In this document: in pieces, positions 49,901 through 62,443 of the stretch
Numbering within the stretch: position 1 is the stretch's first letter
Layout of the letters: each line of letters opens with the position of its first letter
Source: Ascidiella aspersa
Taxonomy: Eukaryota
DNA: 64,000 nt
Assembly (NCBI GenBank): GCA_963924565.1
Contig: OZ004612.1
Span: forward strand, 10,478,001 to 10,542,000
Direction of reading: 5' to 3'
Position numbers and translations under genes: made by a program
Notes under the pieces: generated by a model
The model's input: only the letters and a program-made list of their open reading frames with translations
Told to the model about the DNA's origin: nothing
Databases searched by the model: none

Positions 49901-52394
49901 TACTTTTTCTATAAAGCTCCGGACAAAAATCGGTCTGAAACATTTTCGGGCAAAAACAAGATATGTCCCGAAAATAAATTTTCGGCCCATATAATTCGAG
50001 AAAGTTTTCTAGACTCTAGAAGGCTCTAAATATGCACAATAGAGTCTGGCTTAGAGTCGTTAAGTTGAACGAATCAGCCACTATAGGTTGAAATAAAAGG
50101 TACCCAAAAGATATACGGAACAATTAGTTAGAACCGGATCCTGTACCCCATGCCAAGTCCTACAATTGGTGCACGTCTAATGACAGGGTGATATCGATGC
50201 CCATCGGATAACAAATAAATAAAGGTATTTTGGCCAATATTTATGGCCAAACCAAGCGTTTTTAACTTAAGGTTAATATTCGCAAAACAGCAAAGAAAAT
50301 AATATTGAAAGGTATCCATGTTTCTAGGGATCGAGCAATTTAAAGATTACCAACCTATAAAGCATTGTCTTTGTACAGTTTATTTATTTTCCACCATTTT
50401 GCCTATAAAATTATATTAAATGACGTCAGAATACAGACAAACACCTTTCCAAAGTTACTTGACTGTTATATATTTCAGAAAAAGACTGCGAGCCACCAAC
50501 AGCACCTCAAAATGGGGCCACAGCACCCATTAGCCGGTTAGCTTGGTCAGATGGGCATGAGGTGACCTACAGCTGCAAAACCGGTTACACCTTGTCAGGA
50601 GCAAAAACGGCGGAATGCCAATCAAGCGGCTCGTATTATCCTTCAAGACCGACTTGCGAACGTAAGGAGTTTGTGGGCGTGATGTATACCTGCCTACAAC
50701 CGTGTGGACTTTTACAATACATACGTTTATTTTCCGGGGGACACTTGGTCTTTGTCTTGGCAATACATAGTAACTTTCCAAGTGCAAAACTTATCTAAAA
50801 ATTACATCTATAAGGGTTATTCCAACATGCGCGGTTTGACATCTTGGACCCTTAAAGCAACACCTGACCTAAAAATCACTTATATCTCCAGATAATTACA
50901 TTTTTATTCTATAAATTGTTTGGGCTGTTATTGAGCATAACGCTATATAAATTAAACGTTAAATACTTGTAAAGTTTATACAATAGTTCTGAAGAGAACA
51001 TATATGAATGGTATACAAGTTTCTTCAGTTTCGCACAATATGTATGGTTCGGCAAGCCGATTGGTCTTCTGGAAGTTTAAACGTGCCTTTGTTCTAGGCA
51101 CGACTTGCCCTACTCCTACGCCGCCCGAGAACGGGTACATTGTCGAAAACACCACCAGTTCCTGGTTTCCTGGTGACGTAATGACCTTCGGCTGCTACGT
51201 ATCCTACGTCATGACCGGAAGTAATTCGACGACGTGCGGAAACCTGGGAAGGTTCGGTTCGCAACCTCCGACTTGCGAGTAAGTGGCGTGTTGCTCTGTT
51301 TAAATTTAATTAATTATCAATAATAAGCTGTCGGCAGAATTTCGTCCCTTGTAGTTTTGCCTGACAGAAATGCATTTGTTTATTTTATATCGAGCTTATT
51401 TTCCAAAGAGGTTTACCATCGTTGTAAAAAAGTCATTTGAAAAATACCTTGAAGTCCAAATTAAGTATTTTCCAAAAATAACAAGTCAAATCCCAGTCAG
51501 AGCAGCAGGTGGCCAAGTCAAGTCGAATCCAAGCCATTAGGATTATTAGCAATAACTCAACTAAAAGTAACAAAAACGCAATATAAACATTCTGGTTCTA
51601 ATCCAAAAAAAAAAAACGCAATATAGTAACAAAAACGCAATATAAAACATTCTGGTTCTAATCCCACAAATCCAATTATAGGAGCGATACGCTGGAAATA
51701 TTAATTCTAAGCTATTTACCGATTTTACAGAAAATCGTACTCTGTCTATTGGCGTTTTCAGTTCTAGGTTGAAACAATTTTCTGGCCTTAATTGAATCAC
51801 ACAGACTATACACAACCCCAAATTTGTCTATCCGGACATGCCAATGCTTTCGTTTCAGTTCGTTTTAAGAAAAAAATAAAATAATTGTGAGTTGGTTAAT
51901 TGTATAGTTCATACGTAATAAGAATATCAAAGCCCATACAGAAGTAGGTATCATTTTGAACGTTTCGAATAACTCTTTATTCATTTTCAACATCGACCTA
52001 CTTCTGTATGGGCTTTGATATTCTTATTACGTCTTACTACAACCTCCAACCATTATGCTCCAAAATGTATAGTTCATATTTCACTTTAATTTTAAGATTT
52101 CGTAATTTTAAAATTCTAATTCCATAGTGTAATTTGAAAAAGCTTAAACATTGTAATTGTTCAAGTCTGTCTAGTCTAGCGGTTTATTCAAACAAATATG
52201 AAATACCTGCTGAGCCCAAACAGGGGCTTCAAGATTTTGTTTAACCTATATAGTAAAAGGATTTCTATTTCAGAGCCGTCATAATGGAGGTGGTTGCGAA
52301 TGAAACGACCACAGAGGTAATTGCTCCTGCACCTGTCAGAAGATCGGTTGACCTTAATGAACATGAGGGTGGTTCCGGGCCAGGAGATGAATAA
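46938..52394 (+). CDS. Secreted Sushi (CCP/SCR) and EGF domain protein: SP-CCP-EGF-CCP-CCP-CCP-acidic tail, 352 aa
   Basis: Exons 46938-47022 (MIFKLTLFIVLCCLGIANG), 48274-48450 (CSPP...VEYYCEPHFTLVGSNVNICTNRRWTMSTPRC), 48752-48886 (EGF: CKRSRCHYRAKC...YKCECREGYSGDGKYSC), 49342-49518, 50479-50661, 51098-51278 (CCPs), and 52274-52394 (phase-2 join, ends EGGSGPGDE*). Total 1059 nt in frame. AATAAA at ~52482. Confidence 0.88.
49590..49713. repeat. Fragment of the tgtgcgcaca foldback element
   Basis: Same units and same terminal gtgcaaaaaatgt(t/c)cgcatccccg as 33440-33513. Confidence 0.75.
51913..52032. repeat. Perfect 37-bp inverted repeat around a 46-bp spacer; probable Penelope-like retroelement remnant
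   Basis: 51913-51949 is the reverse complement of 51996-52032. A 13-bp direct repeat tgtatagttcata lies at 51901-51913 and 52066-52078. The minus-strand spacer is hammerhead-like. Confidence 0.7.
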
Positions 52395-53806
52395 AAGGAT
52401 ATTAAATCGTTGATTCCTGGCGCCGTTTCCGACGTCTTTCAAGTTCACGTTTCATTTCACTATTCTTGTAAATCAGCAAAAAATAAAGCCGATTTCATTT
52501 CATATAATTAATGGTGAAAAAATATATGATAAATATACGACGCTCGACGGGGAAAGAGTTATTAAGATCAAAAAATTGCCGCTAATTGAGCTACTTGTAT
52601 ATTTGTTCTTGCACGGTGATAAGTGTCGGTTTGCAAAAACGATTTCCTAATTCAACCGCATTGCGTGAAAATGATTTATGATTTTAAAATTTGACGGCTA
52701 ATTGCGGGTATGATTTGGCTGATACTTTACTTTCATGGATATCGTCAAACCATTCTTAATGTCATTTTGTATAATATTCTACCAAAGTTATAGGTGACGA
52801 ATTAATCCTATAAAATTTTGAAAATCTAAAAAGTTAATACTTGTGCTAATAAACTAGCGTAACTGTTTAGCTATAGTTGGCGTGTGTCAATCGCATTGTG
52901 TTATATTAGGCAATCCCACTTTGTCCAAACTAATTAAACAACGAAAAACTGTAACAACCAATTAATACAAACGCAACTCAAGAAATCGTGCAAACAGGAA
53001 GTTTTCGTGGTAAAAATCATTTAGTGTTAGTGCTGTTTACAACAAAAAATAGGGCATTTATTTTACACTGCTAATATATATTTTAATATTATAAAACACT
53101 TGTACCTTAAATTAATAGGGTCTAAAGCAGTAAAAGTAGAATAATTTTCATACTGGAACGAAAAATAACTTCTTACTGGAACGCATGGATTTTTTTAGAA
53201 ATGGCATCACTAAGGTAAGTCATAACTAGACGTCTAGAAAAACTAACCTTCGGAAACCTATGTTTATCGTTTGATGTAGTGCATAAATATCCCTGAAATC
53301 GCGGAAAGGGCCTGGTGGAAAAGATACATGACCTTGTAACGTTATTTTTTGTTTACCTGTACGGCGTACCCGCAAAACTTATTTTAACGAAACGCGGTTC
53401 CGGATTTCGTTTACCGCTGGTTTCAAGGTAATATGAAGGCCTAACAATGTATTGCAAAAGAAAACTCGGTTTAAAAAACAAAACAAACGCGAGACTGCAG
53501 CGCATCTTATGGATCACAAACAATTAGCAGTCTTCCTGACACAAGTAATTTAGGATTAGAGCAATGATTACGAACAGCGATAAACAATTGTCGCAAGTGC
53601 CAATTATGGCTTGCAATAATGCCTTTTTAAAAGCTTATACTAAACAAAGCGCAAGTGGTCATGACCATTAGGAACAACGGATGGTACAGGCGGTACAGGC
53701 ACGACTTTGTAGGACAACGTTGTGGATTTATTGAGCTATGTTCTTTCACAACAATGTTTAAGCTGGAAAGTATTACAAAGTGACACTTTGGTGAACAAAG
53801 CTGACC

Positions 53807-56800
53807 ATGAGATTCTATTGTCTTCTGGCCGCCGCTATGCTTTTAAAAGCTAGTTTTGGTCGACGTCCGCCAGGTAAACTATGAATAACGTTACTTTATA
53901 ACATACAAATAAAAAATTTACACTAAAAAAAAATTAATAGCTGACTAAAAAGTAAATGACGAAGTGAATGTTTTTACGTTGATTAACCAGGGTGGAATAA
54001 AAGCAGATAAAGGCGTTATAGCAGTACTAATGTTTATGTTTTTTTTATCTCAAATATACTGAAATGTACTTATTGATCTACCACAAAAAAGGTGTGTACC
54101 TGAACCAAGCAAAGTAAATAATATGTAAGTTATAGGTTTGATTTGCAAATGGCTTTTACGAAAACAGTTGCTAAACTCGGTGATTTACTGAGAACAATTT
54201 AATATAAGCAATCTGCCCAAAATGAAAATATTACTCATGTTATATATTTAACTTCGCATAGGTCACCCGCCCCAAACTAACCCAAGGAGATGCTTCTACG
54301 GCAGCTGTCACATAAAGCAAGTCGGAAGTCTATGCGTCCCAAATCTTCTTCGAAACTCAACAGGTATTTGTGACTATTTTAATTATGAGAATGTCTGATA
54401 ACTCATCCGATACAACTGAGATATCGGTGTCGATCCGATACCGAATCGATATAGGGACTCCACCCACTGTTTTCAAACCTACACACTGTATTCTACTTTA
54501 AAAGCCATACAAAAATATAGTACGTCAAAAAAGGAACCAAGCTTTCTAATGCTAAACCAAATTTTGGTCTACAAACTTACAAGTAACTTTGAACGCTTTG
54601 TCTATTTTGCATGAATGTGTGATGGCGTTATCCGTTTTCTGATAAAGCGATACTTTTCGTCAAAATATCGGGTATCGGAATCAGAATAAAACGTCTGTGT
54701 TACGGGAATTGTCAGGAATTTTTAATATTCAAATGTGACGTAATCGTATTGAAAAATAAGCACAACATAGCTTGTTTCGACAAGCTGATAACAATCAGGG
54801 GCGGACTCAAGGTCATTTCGGTGGTAACATTAAATTTCACCGATAACAATATCGGTTACGTAAAAGGTGACGCCATAAAACATTACACGTATACGCTGTC
54901 AATTTTTGGATTTATTTTAACAAACAAACCCCATTCAATTTCAGAGTAGTTGACTGTTAATCTAGTTAGAAACAACAACATATACTGGCTTCTTGACCAA
55001 GACTGTGCTGGCAACGCAATAGGGCCCGCGGGCCGTATGTTGCATCCTCTTATATGTCCTTTTTGAACGAAGCATTTTCATTTCCACTTTTTTACTTCGG
55101 CAATAGCTTTACAGACAAACTTACTAAAGGTATGCAATATTTCAGTGTGCGATTTGGCGCAAAGAGGAAGGGTGTTCAGATGGACTCTTGAAAACGGATC
55201 AGGTCTGTTCTAACTATAAGTGTGCTTTCATGTTTAAATGAACATTAAACTGAGAGTAGGTGGCGTGAAATTTTATAAGTGACTTATACCTGCATGCTGA
55301 ATTCGGGAAAATAGTTTGCAGCTTTTAATAAAGTTCCCTTAAGCACTTAACGATTTACTGAGACTCAAAGGTTAAAATATTCACAAACCACTAGAACATG
55401 GCCGACTTAGACGTTGGTATAGCAGTGTATTAAGGAAAAATATGGAAAAAATTTAAACCAAATAAAAACTAAATATAGGTTTTATTTCGTTCTGGTCAAG
55501 TTTTTAGGATTTTAAGGACAATTTTTTATTTGTAGGCCTACAACAAAAGTCATTGTTTTGATATTTTTTTCTAGAACGATGCGACCTTGACAACACTTGT
55601 TGTCTTCACCACACTACTGACCTCTGTATTATTTTCCGTAAGTTCTTGTTGTTCTTTTAAAAAAGTATGTCAAGGATATTCACTAAACTATTTCTAAAGG
55701 ATTTTGCTGTGATTTCGAGGTTATAATGGAAGTCATCAACTACGTTAACCAGTTTTGTAAACAATGAATTTTGAAATGACTTAAGTCCCAGTCAAGTAAT
55801 TTGTGAAATAACTTAAGTCCAAGTCTAGTCTTAAAAAAATAGCAAGTCAAGTCACAGTCCAAGTCATCAGTTGTCCAAATCATTATTACAGCAAGTCATT
55901 TCTAAGTCAAACCACTATTATAATAATAAAACGATAAACCATTAAAATAGGTAAACTCGTCTGATAAGCAATAATTCAACTAACAAATACCAAAAAACAC
56001 ACGATAAGCACTATAATCGTTTTATGTGCAAAACTTGCGATAAATAGATTTTACATTAAAACGGTAAATGAAAAACCCTAAATTTAACCCAAATCGTTGA
56101 CTCAATGATTTCAGACCAAGTCAAGTCATTTGTCTAAAAGACTTAAGCCAAGTCAAGTCATTTTATTAAATCGACTTAAGTCAAGTCAAGTAATTTGAAA
56201 ACAGGGATTTAAGTCATTGCAACACTGGCGTTAACTCAGCAAACTTTTCTGTTTTGTCCAAGGAGCACAATGTGCTGATTGCGAAGGAAATGATGTCATC
56301 ACTCACAACTCGTGTTTTCAACCACCCCCCAACGTAACATGTTAGTATTGGCATGAACATGGTACATAATAAATAATATTTTGCACACAAGCAAATGTGT
56401 CCATACAGTATATTAAATTAAATTCTTATAAAAACTTTGAAATGAAATCTTATGATTGCTAAAATTATATTTTCGGCCACTGTGTAAAAAGGAATCTTTG
56501 TTATAGAAGACTGAGAAACCTAAACGCCAAACCTTCACCATGTAAATCTATTCTTTATACGTTTTGTTTGTTGTTGCATGCCATATAACAAGAATTACAA
56601 ACCGTGGGTGTTTTGCTAACCCGGATTCGATGTAGGTATCCCTCCAGAAGTATCCACAGCGGCGTTTGCGACTTCAACTCGTGAACACACTTCCAGGCCT
56701 CGCCGATTTTCAACAAGTTCGAGTCGATCCTTAGACTCTCGGCGAAGGACGCGCGAAACCACGCTCCGGTCAGAAACGACGACCGATTTCACAGCAACAG

Positions 56801-59800
56801 GAATGTCACCATCGGTAGAAGCAGTTACAACTAGATCGCAAACCGAAAGCATGTCCAACGTTGAGGTGAACACGCTCGCAGAATTCACTACTCAATCAGA
56901 GCTCACCTCACCAGAGGTCACAACTCCAGAGCTCACCTTTTTAGAAGAGCTCACAACTCCAGCGGAGTTCACCACTCCAGTTCCGAACCTTCTGGAAGGC
57001 GCCGAAAGCCAGAACCTCACGATCTTCGGCGACGTGGAGAAGAGGCTTCTCTCGATTGCGGCGCGTTTGGGCGCAAACGGGTCGTACTATGAGCGAAAAA
57101 ACGACTACCAAGTGCTCGCGTTCAGGGCTCCGTGCTCCGAGCTCAACCAAACGAATAGACTGGGTTTTGGCGAGTACGCCGTAAACTACAAGTTTGAAAG
57201 GAGCGCAGAACGATGCGACGGCTTCCTGGTTGCCATGTCGCAATTCCGCCTCGATGAGTCGGTTGACTTGCAAGCGGTGGGCCAACGAAATAAGAAACGA
57301 GGCAAGGGCTGGAGTACGAAACGAAAAATGAGCATGATACCGAACGAGCTTCCCTACCTGAGCGTGTCTAGCTATAGCAGCGGCGAGTTGAACAAGCTTA
57401 ACGGCCAAGTGGGCTACGAGGCCGTCGCCTCCATGCCTTCTTTGGTTAAGAGATGGACCAGCGACAACGGGGATTACAATCTAAGGGTGCACGACGCTGA
57501 GTTCCAGTGCGGTTACATCGACGAAGCGGGCAGTTTTAGTCAGTACGGCTGCGAAAGGAACAACCACAGTACAAGCATCAAACCGGCCGACGCCAATACG
57601 ATCAGCTGCTTTTGCAACCACACCTCGATTTACGCTGTACTGCTCTCCGTGGTCGTCACCACGGTCCCCACAGGAGTCAAGGTACCGCGTTGTTGTGGTG
57701 ACGAATGCATGGCACCCGAATAGTGTGGTAGTTAATAAGGTGCGAAAACTGTGCCGGCGTTTTTGACTGAATTGTGAGAGTTGAGAAATAAGTTTTTTCC
57801 AGCAATTTTGTTTTAAACTTGAAATACTCTTTTCATTTTTTGAAAGAAAATTATTATTTTTATTTATTTAAGCCTTTTATTAAGATAAATCGTCGATCAA
57901 ACCAGGGACCTCGAGACCTCTGTTTACAACTTTATTACAGACAATAGTATTGTTACGCCAAACTGTTCCAGAACTCTACTTAACGTCCTGCCGACTGCCA
58001 AGCGCTACAACGCGTGTCTTTTAATTGTATTAAAATAAGCGACAGTAAAATACTAAAACACTAAAACAACGAAAAGCGGCCAACGCCTAAAAAGGTGACA
58101 ACAACGTAAATTCCCAGCGTTTCTACAATAAACTCAAGCTAGCCCCAAAACGCGATGGCCGACATTGGTTTTCGTTCACGCCAACTACAACAACGAGAGA
58201 AATAAATGGTGTGTGTGTCAAATGTAACTAATTATTAGGTGCCACGGAAAACGTGATAAGATAAGAAATAAAGTGTGAAAAGTGAGGTACAAAAGTGGAA
58301 AAGCGATATAATTTATGTGAGTGAGAAGGGGAGAGGAAAACACGCGTACAAAAGATAAAACAGAGAAACAATAACGCACACACAAACTATAAATAATCGG
58401 TGCAACAGTATTACGTGATAAAACTACTTTTAATGGTATACCTACCTAAAAATTACTTAGCATAATAAAATAAATGGGACTTGTGACTAAAATCAGGTGT
58501 TTGGACATCTCAAAGTTAACACATTCATTTACAAAATTAGGCAAACTACCTTTTTCTCATTTATAAAGATAACGAACCCTTAATGGTACAATTGTTTTTC
58601 CGGCAAAAATGTATTAAAGTGCCAACGTTTCGCATTCGGGCAATCTTCGTTAGGACAATATTTTTATATATATTTATATTATCCTGAAGAAGATTGCCTG
58701 AATCGTTGGTCGAAACGTTGGCACTTAAAAGAAACAACGGTACCATTGAAACAACGTCTGGCAGCAACAGCATATTCAAAACGAACCCTTTTTAAAGTGT
58801 ATCAAATTTAAAGCATTACAACAGCGCATCGTTACACGCAGATCTTCTCCTACTTCATGGAGTCCATGTCGGTCCTTTGCCTCGCCGTCACCGTCTTCCT
58901 CTTGCACAAGAGCAAGAAGACGAGCAAGAGCGGAAGAGTGGAGGTCCAAATCAACTCCTCCCTTTCACTGCTCCTCCTCCACCTGGTCAGCCTCTTTCAC
59001 GACCTCGCTGTCCTCGACGAGTTCGTCTGCGTTGCTTTCGCGATCGCAACCCACTACTTCCTTCTGGCCAGTGGTAAGCCGACAAACTCTAAGTCTTCAA
59101 AGGTCAACTTGGAATGCGTATATTTATTTTTTATTTTTTAAGGATTCTCAATCGATCGCTCAATTGATCGAGATTTTCTGTAATAAATTTAAAAGATATA
59201 GGTATACTTTTTGGGAGCGGTAATCGCTTATAGTATAGACCTATACGAAAGGTTTTATATGTGTCGAACTGTTTTGTTTTGTCACAAGGACAAAAACACC
59301 CTAACGCGCGGTTAAAGTGAGCTATTTTTTACAAATAAATACAAACCGCAAGATGTAGCTGTAGTTCGCAAAACAATAGAGATACGACCCAATCCAAATA
59401 CTTATAGTCTTACAAACAACCATTAAATCCCTTTCTTCCGAGTGTCAAACTTTACTCCCTAGTGTCAAACATATAACCTGATCGATTTAATAGAATAAAG
59501 ATAAATCCTCGTTTAGTTTATCGAAATAATATGAACTTGTACTGATTACTTACATTGCCCGCATTCAGCGAAAATACAATCAATCCATCAAGCCGTGGCT
59601 CTAATTCAATCTGTGTTATTTAATAACAAACTATAACCTATTAAAATTGATATATGGGGGTCGCCATCCGTGTATATATATATACATATATGGAATAAAT
59701 GACGAGAAAAATGTGGCGAAAGGGCTCCTAACCGTTGCTCACTGTTAATAAGGGGTTTGGCGCAGATAGTAACAGAAGCGAGATAAGAACAAAAATCGTT

Positions 59801-62443
59801 GAATTTTGTCCCTAAATTCTGTCGCGCAGTTTTACTTATAATTATCTTCCATAAAACGTAGGTCAATAAATAGCCGAGTTGAAGCAGCTGGTTTCCGCTA
59901 AAAACGGGAGGAAACTGGCTCGAGTGAATAAATTGCTCGTAAAGATATGTATATACACTATGCTTGGTAACAACAGTTTACATATCAAACCTCTTCGATA
60001 AAGCCGTTTGCATCATAATAATACAGTTCTCCTGCATGATCTTTTACGCCACAGGAATGTGGATGTTGGTGGAAGGCATCCGCATTCTGAGCGTTACCTC
60101 GGAACGATCCCTAATCTTCAGAGCAAAGAGCGACTCCGCCATCCGCCGGGTAAACCTTTCTCTGGGTTGGGGAATCCCCGGGCTCTTCGTGGTCACGGCG
60201 GCGACGGTCGGTCTTCTGCTCGACGTCTACATGAAGCCGTGTTTCTTGTATTTGAAGCAGATGGAGGTGCGATATATACTGTATGAGTTTGTTTTGTTAT
60301 GGAAATAGTTCAGCAGGCATGACGACTGAAAAATAGCGTTTTACCACTCATTTTTACAAATCAGATTGCTTTAACGAAAAAGGCAAAAGGTGTAGCTTTA
60401 AAGTATCTAACTAAACCATCTGCGGCTAACACGTTGATAACTACAAAATGTTAGCACTATTCGTTCGAATGTAACATCACTTTGTTACTTCTGTAACTTC
60501 GCTGCGGCCGGACTGTTTAATATAAAGAACACGTTTAACTTTTCGGATGTTTCTCTCTTGTGTTCGATTTTTTGGTATAAATAATTTTAAGTGTTAAATA
60601 AAGTCTGCGGCGAAGAGCGGCGGCATGTCAAAAGATATCGATCGGATAGGCGGATCTTTATAGTTTTCTAAAGCAGGATGTGCAATAAGTTGCTTTCATA
60701 TTGCGGATCGGTCTCCCGTGTCGGTAATGTTTCGCAGGGCAAAATTAATCTTCAGATTTTAGATCGACAAACTGACCTATGTTGTAGACTAGCGGGGTAT
60801 GTAGACAGCACTTGAATAATGTAAAACAAACTTGGCAAAATGCAGTGACAAATCTTAACATGGTTTATCAACCGAAAACTTTACAGAGTGAATGGCAAAA
60901 ATATGTCCGCTTTAAGTGAATGGCAAAATGAAGTCATTATTTACAAAAGCCGTGTCGCAGTGTAGGTTCTTTGCATCTAAAATAAAATTACACTAATATA
61001 ACTTTTCAATTCTACAAAAATGTCTTTTAAAGCAAAAACATACACAAAGCTTGGGAAATTGGTAAAAGTTACAGTAACTCCAGTGTAAAATATAGGTAAG
61101 TCAAGTCATTAACTGCTTTCAGTTTTAGTTTTTGAAATTTGCCTTGCAAAATATTTTTTAGAATTCATTGAGTTTATTAGTGTTAAATATGTTTTGGTTT
61201 GTTCGTATTCACAAGAGTGCTGATAAGCATGGGACATGACTGTTAATGACCAATTACAATGTTGGTGCGTTTTCTATTCTATAGGCGGCTGTTGTAGGGG
61301 CTGAAGCCAACTCGACGGTAGCCAAGTACGACATGTGCTGGATGGACCAGACCTCAGGCATCTTCTACAGCTCAGTGCTCTTCCCAGTCGGCAGCGTGAT
61401 CCTGATCAACCTCATCATTACCGTCAAGGTGGTCGTCTCGATCCACTACGTGAAGGAGCGCTCCAAGCAACTGCGCAACATCAAGCAGAAGACAACGATA
61501 ACTGAGAATGTGATGTCCACCCTGAAGGCACTCGTCATCCTTGTCACCGTGCTCGGAGTGCCTTGGGCGCTGGGATTTCTTTCCGGTTTGTCGTGTTGTG
61601 TTTCTAACATTTTAGGGTACCATCTCGGGGTCGCAGAATTGTTGTGTTGTTGTTTTTTTAGATACAGATAACTAACTACTGCAATTTGTACGCAATTACC
61701 TTTACTTTAAAAAAGGCTGAAAAGGATTTTTGGCAAATCTTATTCTTTTATTGTTTTCGAGTTAAATTTAAATAGTTTATTTAGGAAATTTCTTCAATGG
61801 AGCGGGCAGAATCTTAGTGGCTGTCAATTAAACGTGCAGAAAATAAATACACGCAACCAACTAAACGCCCTTTCAAAAAACATTACTTGAATCTTACAAT
61901 ACACTTTTGTAGTTTTTGACTATGGCCTCACGCATATGCCACGGCCTGTATGTTGCCTAACCGAAGAAATCAGCGTTAACAATATACACTACAAATATAT
62001 TACATAAATGGTAATAAAAGTTGATTAAAGATCATAATGGATTTTTACTTGTACCCACCGTCCATGTATTTAAATCCTCTTATTCTTCAACTGCCATGTG
62101 AATCGGTCAAATCATTTTTAAGACATCCCAACATTCCTTATCTGGAAAACTATATATGACATCCCATTGCGTTTCAGGCTTGGGCGACTACCAGTTCTCG
62201 ATCGCCATGATGTACATCAACACGCTAGTCAACGGCCTGCAGGGAGTCTTCATCTTCATCCTCTACTGCATCGTGAACAAGACGATAAACCCGTGCGCCA
62301 AGCGGCAAAAGCCAGTCGGCAGCGGCGCAAAGGCAGTGGTGTCGACGTCAAAACGACGCCTGACGCAACAGCCGAGCAGCGTCATAGGCCTCAGCATCTT
62401 GCCTTCGAAAACCGCGACAGTTGCAAAATTGGTGCGACAGTGA
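53807..62443 (+). CDS. Adhesion G protein-coupled receptor (class B2; Cys-rich N-terminus, Ser/Thr stalk, GAIN/GPS, 7TM), 807 aa
   Basis: Exons 53807-53873 (MRFYCLLAAAMLLKASFG), 54262-54363, 55146-55202, 55575-55637, 56263-56340, 56636-57681 (GPS CFCNHTSIYAVLL), 58842-59073 (THYFLLAS), 60055-60266 (WMLVEG, GWGIP), 61285-61585 (CWM; LGVPWALG), 62178-62443 (NGLQGVFIFILYC). Total 2424 nt in frame. Confidence 0.92.
55750..56227. mobile_element. hAT-like MITE with aagtc repeats
   Basis: Ends cagttttgtaa / ttgcaacactg. TSD acgttaac / gcgttaac (7/8). Confidence 0.75.
58582..58747. mobile_element. Penelope-like retroelement remnant: inverted pair of minimal hammerhead-ribozyme-like motifs
   Basis: The plus strand reads CTGAAGA(58684)-agattgcctgaatcgttggtc-GAAA-cgttggcac. 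Its imperfect reverse complement lies at 58617-58654, and outer arms aatggtac / gtaccatt extend the hairpin. Confidence 0.6.

Noticed and set aside
56941-57408. 155-aa minus-strand ORF and other antisense ORFs over GPCR exons
   Set aside because: These are shadow ORFs of GC-rich coding exons on the opposite strand.
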